Notes: generated by a model not told the origin, from the sequence alone. Positions 1-7,689 are shown, counted from the stretch's first letter. The stretch: 20,222 nucleotides of DNA from an uncultured Nitrospiraceae bacterium (GCA_947085205.1 CAMTVO010000042.1:1-20222), one strand, 5' to 3'. A program made the numbers and translations.

Positions 1-10
1 AAAGTCCGAA

Positions 11-39
11 ATTCCCTCCCCCGACAATCGGGAATGACG
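11..39. repeat. Partial CGTC-tagged palindromic (REP-like) repeat
   Basis: CCCGA-CAA-TCGGG hairpin followed by AATGACG (reverse complement CGTCATT). Same end motif as the elements at 14875 and 18048-18120. Confidence 0.5.
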
Positions 40-65
40 GCTGAATAGTTAATAGTTCTAAAATA

Positions 66-1673
66 TCACGAAACAGCGCAATCGTCAAGCAATTTAAGAA
101 AAGCATCGGGCAAAGAATCGATAATGTCGGATGCAATCAGAGAATGCTCTCCCCTTGCCTTTGCTGCAATGTCTCCTGCGAGGCCATGGAGATAAACACC
201 AAGCACAGATGAATCAATCGGGTTCAATCCCTGTCCTAATAAAGAAGCAATTATGCCTGTCAAAACATCTCCAGAGCCGGCAGTAGCCATTCCCGGGTTT
301 CCTGTGGTATTGATAAAAGCATTACCGTCCGGCTCTGCAACAATAGTTGGAACTCCTTTTAAGACGAGATATGTTCTCGTTTCCTTTGAAAACGATATTG
401 CAGTATTGATCCTGTCTTTTTCTACTGCCCTTTGCAATAATCTCGCCATCTCTCCCGCATGCGGCGTGAGAATAATCGGCGATTTTGCCTTTTTAAAAAG
501 ACCTATCGCCTCTTTAGACATAACCCCCCTTTGCCCCCCCTTAACAAGGGGGGGATGGGGGGGTGCTATCGCGTTTATTCCATCCGCATCTATCACCATC
601 GGAACTGTTGATTTCTGGATAAGCTCATTCATAACCTTTTCTGTGTTGTTTGAAACTCCGATTCCCGGGCCTATTGCAATAACATCAATCCTTTCTGAAG
701 CGAAATTGAGAATCACATCCGCTGCCTTCGGCGAAAGCGTTCCGTTTCCGTTATCCGGCAAAGGAAGCGTCATCTCTTCTGTAACCCTGTTCTGAAAAAT
801 ATCTATCAATGACTCTGGAACAGCCAAGGTCACAAGACCCGAGCCGCTTCTCAGACATGCCTTTGCAGCCATCAATGCAGCGCCTGTCTTGCCTTTAGAA
901 CCTGCCACTATTAAGATATGTCCATAATCGCCTTTGTGAGAATATCCCGGCCTTGGCGGTATTAAGCCCGATACGGTTTCCTTAGTCATCAAGCCGACCC
1001 TTAAATTGTCCTCTGCAAGAAGATTGTCAGGGAAGCCGATATCCTCGACAAAAAGTCTGCCTGTGTATTCTGCGCCGGGATAGAGAAAATGTCCCCTCTT
1101 CGGCAATCCGAATGTAACTGTGCAATCAGCCTTGACAGCCTTTCCTAAAATCTCTCCGGTATCGGAAGAAATGCCTGATGGAATGTCAACTGAAACCGTT
1201 AATGCGTGATGCGTAATGCGTGATGCGTTTACAAACTTAATAACATCAGCTATGCTCCCTTTTATATGTCTGCTGATGCCTGTACCAAATATTGCATCAA
1301 TGACAACAGCGCCGTGTATATCTCTTTCATTTACAGTCTTGCGGAATTCTATAGGAATGCCGTTTTTTTTTGCAATTTGATATTGAGCGTTGCAGTCTGG
1401 ACTCAGGGAATCCTTTTTTGCAAAAATCAAGACATTGACCTTAAATCCCCAGTTATGGAGATTCCTTGCAGCCGCAATGCCGTCGCCGCCGTTGTTTCCA
1501 CCTCCGCAGAGAACGAGAACCCTCTTGAGTTTAGAGTTAGGAGTTAGGAGTTTGGAGACCTTTAATGCAACGGCAAGACCCGCCCTTTCCATAAGGACTA
1601 ATGACGGAATGCCATATTCCTCAACGGTAATCCTGTCGATCTCACGCATTTCCTGAGATGTAACGACTTTCAT
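66..1673 (-). CDS. nnr: Bifunctional NAD(P)H-hydrate epimerase/dehydratase (YjeF; NnrE-NnrD fusion)
   Basis: Motifs LMERAG, GGGNNGGDG, DAIFGTG, VDIPSG, HKGDYG, IGPGIG, VIDADG, ILTPHAGE, GMATAGSGDVL. GGGGAG RBS upstream. Confidence 0.96.
   Translation of the reverse strand: MKVVTSQEMREIDRITVEEYGIPSLVLMERAGLAVALKVSKLLTPNSKLKRVLVLCGGGNNGGDGIAAARNLHNWGFKVNVLIFAKKDSLSPDCNAQYQIAKKNGIPIEFRKTVNERDIHGAVVIDAIFGTGISRHIKGSIADVIKFVNASRITHHALTVSVDIPSGISSDTGEILGKAVKADCTVTFGLPKRGHFLYPGAEYTGRLFVEDIGFPDNLLAEDNLRVGLMTKETVSGLIPPRPGYSHKGDYGHILIVAGSKGKTGAALMAAKACLRSGSGLVTLAVPESLIDIFQNRVTEEMTLPLPDNGNGTLSPKAADVILNFASERIDVIAIGPGIGVSNNTEKVMNELIQKSTVPMVIDADGINAIAPPHPPLVKGGQRGVMSKEAIGLFKKAKSPIILTPHAGEMARLLQRAVEKDRINTAISFSKETRTYLVLKGVPTIVAEPDGNAFINTTGNPGMATAGSGDVLTGIIASLLGQGLNPIDSSVLGVYLHGLAGDIAAKARGEHSLIASDIIDSLPDAFLKLLDDCAVS
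520..564. repeat. C/G-rich palindromic repeat in-frame in nnr (encodes PPHPPLVKGGQRGV)
   Basis: ATAAC-CCCCCT-TTG-CCCCCCCTT-AAC-AAGGGGGGG-ATG-GGGGGGT. Shares the ATAAC tag and CCCCTT-NNN-AAGGGG hairpin with the DUF559-flanking repeats. Confidence 0.85.
1200..1228. repeat. Heptamer tandem repeat (TRATGCG)x4 inside nnr
   Basis: taatgcg tgatgcg taatgcg tgatgcg; encodes ASRITHHAL. Confidence 0.9.
1527..1557. repeat. Heptamer tandem repeat (GAGTTAG-like)x4.4 inside nnr
   Basis: gagttta gagttag gagttag gagtttg gag; encodes SKLLTPNSKL. Confidence 0.88.
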
Positions 1674-1682
1674 GACTCCCCT

Positions 1683-1943
1683 TTATCTGTAAACTTCTCT
1701 GCGATGAGCAACTCGATAGACTTTAACAAGCCTGCTTTCATCATCTATCTCATAAAGTATCCTGTAATCTCCTGCTCTAATACGCCGGCGCGAACCGCCA
1801 CCGCTGAGTTTCTTGGAATTATGAGGTCTTGGTTCCTCATACAATCCGAGGATTATTTCTTCAAATCTTGATAACAGTTTGCCCGAAAAACCATCAAGGT
1901 CTTTTTGTGCCTGCGGCATTAACTTGACGAAATAAGAACTCAA
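1683..1943 (-). CDS. RelE/ParE-family type II toxin
   Basis: 86 aa basic protein with AQKDL...PRP...KKL...RIRAGDYRILYEIDD...HRREVY. Overlaps the upstream gene by 4 bp (ATGA). Confidence 0.9.
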   Translation of the reverse strand: MSSYFVKLMPQAQKDLDGFSGKLLSRFEEIILGLYEEPRPHNSKKLSGGGSRRRIRAGDYRILYEIDDESRLVKVYRVAHRREVYR

Positions 1944-2161
1944 GCAGTTTTTCCAGCCCTGCGGCGTTTTGAAAAATATTCTCTAGCAGAGATTGCTTTG
2001 CCCTTTGCCTTTTTTGCTTTTTCAATAAGTGCTATATCGATAAGGTCTTCTCTTAGTGCAGGGTCATTTATCACTTTCTCAAGAAAAGCCTCTTTTTCCT
2101 TAATCCTGAGCGTCTTGAATGCTGTGAAAAAAACTTCTGCTGTTGTCTGATTTGCTCTCAA
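1940..2161 (-). CDS. Probable antitoxin of the RelE-type toxin (73 aa, TTG start)
   Basis: Directly upstream of and overlapping the toxin. Strong RBS AGGAGGTG (2167-2174) 5 nt before TTG at 2161. EDLIDIALIEKA segment resembles toxin-binding helices of such antitoxins. Confidence 0.75.
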   Translation of the reverse strand: MRANQTTAEVFFTAFKTLRIKEKEAFLEKVINDPALREDLIDIALIEKAKKAKGKAISAREYFSKRRRAGKTA

Positions 2162-2226
2162 AATCTCACCTCCTGTTAAGCTTTGTCTTATTTTACCTGA
2201 ATCTTCCTTTAAAATCATTTGCTTTC

Positions 2227-2348
2227 ATAACTCCCCCTAACCCCCTCTTACCTTAAGAGGGGTATTTTCTTTCCTTCCCCCTTGAAGTAAGGGGGATTGA
2301 GGGGGTTACATCCTCCCCTTAAGGTAAGGGGAGGTTGGGAGGGGTTAT
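2227..2348. repeat. Palindromic repeat cluster (three hairpin units, ATAAC...GTTAT ends) at the 3' end of DUF559
   Basis: Hairpins CCCCTCTTA-CCT-TAAGAGGGG, TCCCCCTT-GAAGT-AAGGGGGA and CCTCCCCTT-AAGGT-AAGGGGAGG. Contains the DUF559 stop codon. Confidence 0.95.
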
Positions 2349-2696
2349 CCTCTCCGCTATTATCCTTAAAACATCATTAAGATTTTGCAACACCTCATTA
2401 TTCCAGAACCTCATGACATCGATTCCCTGTGTCTTCAGATACTCTGTGCGAACAGCATCATATTCCAATTGGTCATTTTCATTATGCCCGCCTCCATCCA
2501 ATTCTATGGCGAGTTTCAGCATGGGACAATAGAAGTCTAAAATATAAGGGCCTATACTGTATTGCCTGAAGAATTTCAGACCGTGAAATTGTTTGCTACG
2601 CACATGAGACCAGAAGGTTTTTTCAGCATCTGTTTGATTCCTCCTCAACTCCTGCCGCCGCTGTTTCAGTATCGATGCATTCCGCACTGCTTTCAT
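2319..2696 (-). CDS. DUF559 (Vsr-like / PD-(D/E)xK) endonuclease-domain protein
   Basis: Typical pattern LRRNQTDAE..FW...KFFRQY.IGPYILDFYC...LAIELDGGGH....YDAVRT..L...G..VMRFWNNEV. Confidence 0.93.
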   Translation of the reverse strand: MKAVRNASILKQRRQELRRNQTDAEKTFWSHVRSKQFHGLKFFRQYSIGPYILDFYCPMLKLAIELDGGGHNENDQLEYDAVRTEYLKTQGIDVMRFWNNEVLQNLNDVLRIIAERITPPNLPLP

Positions 2697-2818
2697 AACT
2701 CCCCCTAACCCCCTCTTACCTTAAGAGGGGGAACATAGGATGAAACGTTTTTTAAGAGGGACCCCTCAGCAAATCCTTTCTCCTCCCCTTGAGGTAAGGG
2801 GAGGTTGGGAGGGGTTAT
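2695..2818. repeat. Inverted doublet of the palindromic repeat upstream of DUF559
   Basis: 2688-2730 is identical to 2220-2262 (43 bp). 2781-2818 matches 2311-2348 at 37/38 positions. Provides GGGGGAG-TT-ATG for DUF559. Confidence 0.95.
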
Positions 2819-2891
2819 TCCCCTGTCTTTCCTTCGCCTCTGTCAAAAACTCCTCAGCACGATTTTATAAAGCAAAATTAAAGAGCGGACT

Positions 2892-3983
2892 TTAAGCCCT
2901 CACTTTTGAAAAATTATCAAGAGACTCAAGAGTATTTAATGCATCTTCTTCATTCCAAAGCACTTTCGAGCCGTATGTTTCATTAAGCTTTAATGGTTTG
3001 CTACATATCCAATCATGTAAGCGCTTTTCGGTCAATAATACATCGCAATAAGGCAAAGCCCATGCAGCATGAGAAAAGTCAATAAGGTCATTCTCTTTGA
3101 AACGCTGACTCTTGTTATATCTCAGGAATGCGTGAAGATTTGCATTTATGTGAAAGAACGGCAACTCTTTATTGATCTTTTTTTGAGCAAAAGCATTATA
3201 AATTAGGTTTGACAATAACTCCACACTTTTTGATTCGCGCAAAGCTTCTGTGCTTACAGAACCTCCAGCATCATTTTGGTAAAGATAAATCCAGAGTTTT
3301 TCAATCTCAGGCTTTGCTATATCAAGGACCCCAGCTATTTCATGCATAAAAACTTCGTGAAATGTCTTCCAATCTTGATTCTCATCTTTCCCTTGATTAA
3401 GTTTAGCAATAAGATTGTCTCTATTCCATAAAGGGAAATCACTTTTTATAGTTTTTAACATTTCTACCAGAGTAAATTTTGAAAAGTGATCAAAAAAGCT
3501 GATTCTAATGTTATTCATCTGCTCGTCGGGAATTCCCTCTACTGCGGGATAGAACTCCCCCAACAAAAAGGCCACTTTTGTAAACACATACTTTATGGGA
3601 TTAAAAGGAGATTTTCCTTCTGCTCTCGCTTGACTGTTACGCACAAAACTAAGGAGTTCTTGTCCCACAATGTTAAGCGGTGATATGAAGCAAACCTGCT
3701 GGCTAAGTTCATCCATTACCTGTGCCATATTTAACCTTTTTTCTTTGTTGCGTATGTTCATAAGTTCTTGGAAAACATGAGGGCTTAAAGGACAAATCGC
3801 AACTTCTTTTTGAACAAGGTCTTTCAGCTTTTCATAGATTGCTGTTTGTACTAAAGATGCTTTTCCAAGTGATGCATCACGCATGAAAATCCAGTATTTC
3901 GTATCAAGGTAAATTTGGTACTTATTCAGTACCATATCTCCAATCTTAATTTTAAACTGCTCTGAAAAATCTTCTATCTTCAT
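2892..3983 (-). CDS. Hypothetical protein with PIN-like nuclease signature
   Basis: 363 aa, AT-rich. N-terminal IYLDT, PLSPHVFQEL and C-terminal ENDLIDFSHAAWALPYCDVLLTE resemble the acidic PIN active-site pattern split by a large insert. Confidence 0.6.
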   Translation of the reverse strand: MKIEDFSEQFKIKIGDMVLNKYQIYLDTKYWIFMRDASLGKASLVQTAIYEKLKDLVQKEVAICPLSPHVFQELMNIRNKEKRLNMAQVMDELSQQVCFISPLNIVGQELLSFVRNSQARAEGKSPFNPIKYVFTKVAFLLGEFYPAVEGIPDEQMNNIRISFFDHFSKFTLVEMLKTIKSDFPLWNRDNLIAKLNQGKDENQDWKTFHEVFMHEIAGVLDIAKPEIEKLWIYLYQNDAGGSVSTEALRESKSVELLSNLIYNAFAQKKINKELPFFHINANLHAFLRYNKSQRFKENDLIDFSHAAWALPYCDVLLTEKRLHDWICSKPLKLNETYGSKVLWNEEDALNTLESLDNFSKVRA

Positions 3984-4029
3984 TGTTTAATTTTCAAATT
4001 GTTGTCATTTTTAAATCGCATCCCATCTG

Positions 4030-4485
4030 TTACTTCTTCCAACCATTAATCCAGCCACTACCAATTCCTTTGTGAATTACCTTATGCTCCGGAGGTTTCG
4101 GCTCCTTTCCTAGTTTATAATATTTTCGAGTGCAATCTTTCGTCATGCACACCCACCCATTAGCATATTCTTTTAAATGGGACTTCTTACCGTTCGCCAT
4201 ACAAGATGGACAAAAATAGTTACCTGTTTTCTTTTCTTTGTAAATAGCCACATCGGGGATAAATACATATTTGGGTCTTTTTACAAATATGTATCCCGCT
4301 AATGCAATGCAGGCAATTATCAAAACAACGACTACCCAAAACCATGCCAGTGGATCAACGCTATTTATAAATTTTACAGGAACAAATTGGGCAGCAACAA
4401 GTATTAAAGTGCTAATAATGGTAAGGATTACCGTAGCAATATGTTCAGCTATTTTTTCAATCAATTTTTCCTTCAAAAGCTTCAT
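4030..4485 (-). CDS. Hypothetical membrane protein, two TM helices plus C-terminal Zn-ribbon
   Basis: Hydrophobic segments IATVILTIISTLILVAAQFV and LAWFWVVVVLIIACIALAGYIFV; CPSC...CMTKDC. AGGA RBS upstream. Confidence 0.7.
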   Translation of the reverse strand: MKLLKEKLIEKIAEHIATVILTIISTLILVAAQFVPVKFINSVDPLAWFWVVVVLIIACIALAGYIFVKRPKYVFIPDVAIYKEKKTGNYFCPSCMANGKKSHLKEYANGWVCMTKDCTRKYYKLGKEPKPPEHKVIHKGIGSGWINGWKK

Positions 4486-4524
4486 TCGTTTTCCTGTGTT
4501 AATCTACTGTTATATTTGTTAAAA

Positions 4525-7500
4525 TCACTTCCCCTCAATTATTTTCCTCTCCTCTTCCGTTATCCCATAAAGCCCATAAACAATATTATCAATCTTCTCA
4601 TCTGTAACCGCAATCTCACGTTCTATTTTATCACGCTCTGCTGATAGTAGGAGGGAGTTTTTCTTTTTATGAAGCTCAAGCATTCGGTCAACGAGGGAGA
4701 CGAGTTTGTCGTGGATGGCTTTTTCAGAAGGGTTGGTGAAATTAATGGTGCGGATGGGAAGTTCTAAAAGCGGTGCTTTATCAATTTGCAATGCATTGCC
4801 CTGTTTCTTTCCTTTCTTGTCAAACCAGAAATGAGCAATCTTAGAATTTAAAATTGCAACAAGATATTTGAGATTTATGTCGCCTGGTTTTAATACGAAA
4901 AAGGTCTGAGATACATAACAGGGGAAATCAGTATAGGTAAAACAAGGTCTTTGTGTCTTTCTTAATGAAATTATTTTTTCGCCAAGGAAAAATCTTTCCT
5001 CCCTTGCACGGTGAAGTCCATACGGTTTAAAATCTGATGTAATAACAGACTTGAATTTATCCAGATGTGCCTTGATATGAGGATAATCCTTTATATATTT
5101 TATAGTTTCTGTAGTCGTATAGATAACCCAAAGTGAATTGGCAGGGTTTCCATAATATCTTGTCAATTCATTAGTTGTATAAAAAGGCTTTATTATCTTT
5201 TCCTCTTCTTTGGTAAGACGGAGCCTTTTCTTTTCCTCTGTTGAAATATTGAAGATGCCATCGCCTATCTTTACTGTTGGGTCACTTAATTTTGGAAGAT
5301 GCTTTGCTATGACAAAGTCCTGAGGTAGGACAATGCCTTGAGCAACATCATTCCCCTTTAAACGATATGTTCCATTCTTTTCAATCTTGTTTAGGATTGC
5401 TGCATCTTGTTGGTTAATAAATGTGAAGACTTCGCCTTTTGTTTTAGGTTTTAAAGTAGAAGGGAATGATACTGCAAAATTATCATCCTTCCCATGGAAA
5501 AGAAAATCAGCTATATCAGAAACTGGTATATCCTTTTTTAGAATTCGCCTATAGCGTATTTCTCCTTTGTGTGGTTTATCTGTCTTTTTTAGCAGATATA
5601 CCATTGTTTGAATGCCTGCCGTTTCAAAGACCCTGTAGTCTCCAAAATCAATGAACTCCAATAATTGTGTCTCTGACAAGATTTTCTTGCGGAGGATACT
5701 TGCCCCGCTGTTTGTAATCCAGTTATTTGGTGCAATAAAACTATGCAGCCCACCAATCTTGAGAAGGTCTAAGGAGAGGCATGCAAAGATATACCATAGA
5801 TCCATTTTACCCTGATAGTATTTAAAGAGTTTTGTTCCACGCAAATCATGAAACGGCTGTTTGCTTGTATATTCTTTCACATACGGCGGGTTGCCGATGA
5901 CGCAATCAAACCCTCCGCTCTCCATTATCTCTCCAAATCCAACTGTCTTTGAGTTCCAATCAAAAGGATTGATGCGGCTTTTATCTTCGTCAGACAGTCC
6001 AGCTACAGGGACAGTCCCTTCATAACTCCCCCTTCCCCCTCTTATCTTAAGAGGGGTTATTTTCTTTCCTTCCCCCTTGAAGTAAGGGGGATTGAGGGGG
6101 TAACATCCTCCCCTTAAGGTAAGGGGAGGTTGGGAGGGGTTATCCAATATGTCATAACCAATCAAACTATTGCCGCATTTGATGTTGTTGCTCAAAGGAG
6201 GAAGAAGGTGCTGCTTTTTAGGAAGCATCCCGCGCTCGCCTTCCAATGCTTTCAGATATAGGCTCATCATAGTTATCTCAACAGCCTGAGGGTCAATGTC
6301 AACACCGAAGATGTTATTTCTGAGAATCTTTGCCTTTTCATGAATCGGCAGCGACAACTCTTCAGGCGATATTTTCCAGTAAGGAAATAGATGCAGCGTC
6401 TGCGCCTCTTTTGGATGCTCACGATAGTATTTCAGGTGGTAGTCAATCAGGTATTGATATGCTCCGAGGAGGAATGAGCCTGAACCGCACGCAGGGTCAA
6501 GTATTTTTATTTTTTCTATCTGTTTCGGTGTCTTGCCCTCAATGAGTTTTCCGACTGTATTTTTGACAATGTAATCAACAATATATTTCGGCGTGTAATA
6601 AACCCCACCTGCCTTTCTTACCTCCGGCTTTTCCTCAACCTTAACCCTCTGCGGAGTTACCCTTATCGTGCTTCCAAGATAACGCTCATATATGCTTCCC
6701 AAGAGTTCAACGCCTATGGCGTCAAACCTGTATCTGCTCTTCGGGAAATAGAGGTTCTCTATAATCTCTGCAATGAGGTTTGAATCAACATCTGCTCTCT
6801 CACATGCGTGAGGTTTAAAAATATCGCCGTTTAAATCATCGTTCACTTCGTGGAAGAGGTCAAGGAGATGGCTCATTATGGATTTTCTCTTGCCTTCTTC
6901 TTTCCAGAGGGCCACAATCTCTATTAATTCCTTGTCAGGCCGTATCCTTCTGTCCTCTGCGATGCGGATAAAGATAATCCTGTCGAGGAGTTTCTGGACA
7001 ACATCATTCAATAACTTCACATCGAATTCAGGATTCCGTTTATGAATATCCTTTGCAAGCTCTGTCCTCCATTCTGTTAAATCTTCAAGGAATGATTTGT
7101 CAGGCGGAATCCTGAGCCTCTTGCTCTTTGTATCCTTGGGCAATAGGGCTTCCAAAGAACCCTGTTCAATGCGCTCTTTTGAAAGCTCCCAAAGTTTTTC
7201 TATGTTATTGAGGTAATCAGTATGTTTGAGGCCGAGGATTAATCCTTCGTCAGGGAATTTCGGATTTGGCTTTAAAGATGCGTCATAAAGCCTGAACTCT
7301 TCAAAGTCAGTGAGAATTACAAAATAGACCTCTTTTGTGGACCACACATAACTCTTTGCCTGAAGTATGTGGTTGATGTCATCAAGGGCAACAGACGGGG
7401 CTTTCGCTTCGATAAAAAATTTTATTGCTCCGTTTATTCTGAAGTTGTAATCGGGTCTTCCCGTAGTTTCCGGCGAAAGCTCGACGATTACATCTCTTTC

Positions 7501-7680
7501 ATGCGGCGGTTTCTGCGCCTTGTTTTCTATGTCCCAGCCGAGGGCTTTGAAAAAGGGGTTTATGAAGTCGATTCTTACCTGTGCCTCAAGATAGCCTTTT
7601 GACAGATAGTGGACTTTATCCTTCTCAAACTTTGAGATTAGCGCATTAAGTTTTTCTTTGAATATGTCAATATCGCCCAT
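4525..7680 (-). CDS. Type IIG restriction-modification enzyme (endonuclease + N6-adenine MTase + TRD; Eco57I/TaqI-C-like)
   Basis: N-terminal RPDY...FFIEAK nuclease motif, GVYYTP, motif I ILDPACGSGSFL, GVDID, motif IV VIGNPPY, C-terminal YLVAILNS and ID..VY.LYGIT.EE.KIIE. Confidence 0.93.
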   Translation of the reverse strand: MGDIDIFKEKLNALISKFEKDKVHYLSKGYLEAQVRIDFINPFFKALGWDIENKAQKPPHERDVIVELSPETTGRPDYNFRINGAIKFFIEAKAPSVALDDINHILQAKSYVWSTKEVYFVILTDFEEFRLYDASLKPNPKFPDEGLILGLKHTDYLNNIEKLWELSKERIEQGSLEALLPKDTKSKRLRIPPDKSFLEDLTEWRTELAKDIHKRNPEFDVKLLNDVVQKLLDRIIFIRIAEDRRIRPDKELIEIVALWKEEGKRKSIMSHLLDLFHEVNDDLNGDIFKPHACERADVDSNLIAEIIENLYFPKSRYRFDAIGVELLGSIYERYLGSTIRVTPQRVKVEEKPEVRKAGGVYYTPKYIVDYIVKNTVGKLIEGKTPKQIEKIKILDPACGSGSFLLGAYQYLIDYHLKYYREHPKEAQTLHLFPYWKISPEELSLPIHEKAKILRNNIFGVDIDPQAVEITMMSLYLKALEGERGMLPKKQHLLPPLSNNIKCGNSLIGYDILDNPSQPPLTLRGGCYPLNPPYFKGEGKKITPLKIRGGRGSYEGTVPVAGLSDEDKSRINPFDWNSKTVGFGEIMESGGFDCVIGNPPYVKEYTSKQPFHDLRGTKLFKYYQGKMDLWYIFACLSLDLLKIGGLHSFIAPNNWITNSGASILRKKILSETQLLEFIDFGDYRVFETAGIQTMVYLLKKTDKPHKGEIRYRRILKKDIPVSDIADFLFHGKDDNFAVSFPSTLKPKTKGEVFTFINQQDAAILNKIEKNGTYRLKGNDVAQGIVLPQDFVIAKHLPKLSDPTVKIGDGIFNISTEEKKRLRLTKEEEKIIKPFYTTNELTRYYGNPANSLWVIYTTTETIKYIKDYPHIKAHLDKFKSVITSDFKPYGLHRAREERFFLGEKIISLRKTQRPCFTYTDFPCYVSQTFFVLKPGDINLKYLVAILNSKIAHFWFDKKGKKQGNALQIDKAPLLELPIRTINFTNPSEKAIHDKLVSLVDRMLELHKKKNSLLLSAERDKIEREIAVTDEKIDNIVYGLYGITEEERKIIEGK
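6008..6145. repeat. 127-bp copy of the DUF559 3' repeat cluster plus GGGAC-A-GTCCC palindrome, in-frame in the R-M gene
   Basis: 6019-6145 aligns to 2224-2350 with four local differences. Encodes DNPSQPPLTLRGGCYPLNPPYFKGEGKKITPLKIRGGRGSYEGTVP. Confidence 0.96.
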
Positions 7681-7689
7681 TTGCTCAGG

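Noticed and set aside
2162..2218. Longer 92-aa antitoxin start
   Set aside because: A strong RBS inside this stretch points to TTG 2161.
2220..2818. CRISPR array reading of the repeats
   Set aside because: Units are in mixed orientation with irregular spacing, interrupted by a gene, and there are no cas genes.
3984..4524. Integron cassette array (attC sites between accessory genes)
   Set aside because: The spacers lack paired RYYYAAC/GTTRRRY boxes and there is no integrase.
6008..6145. Intein or intron in the R-M gene
   Set aside because: Too short, no C/S...HN splice motifs, and fully explained by the DNA repeat.
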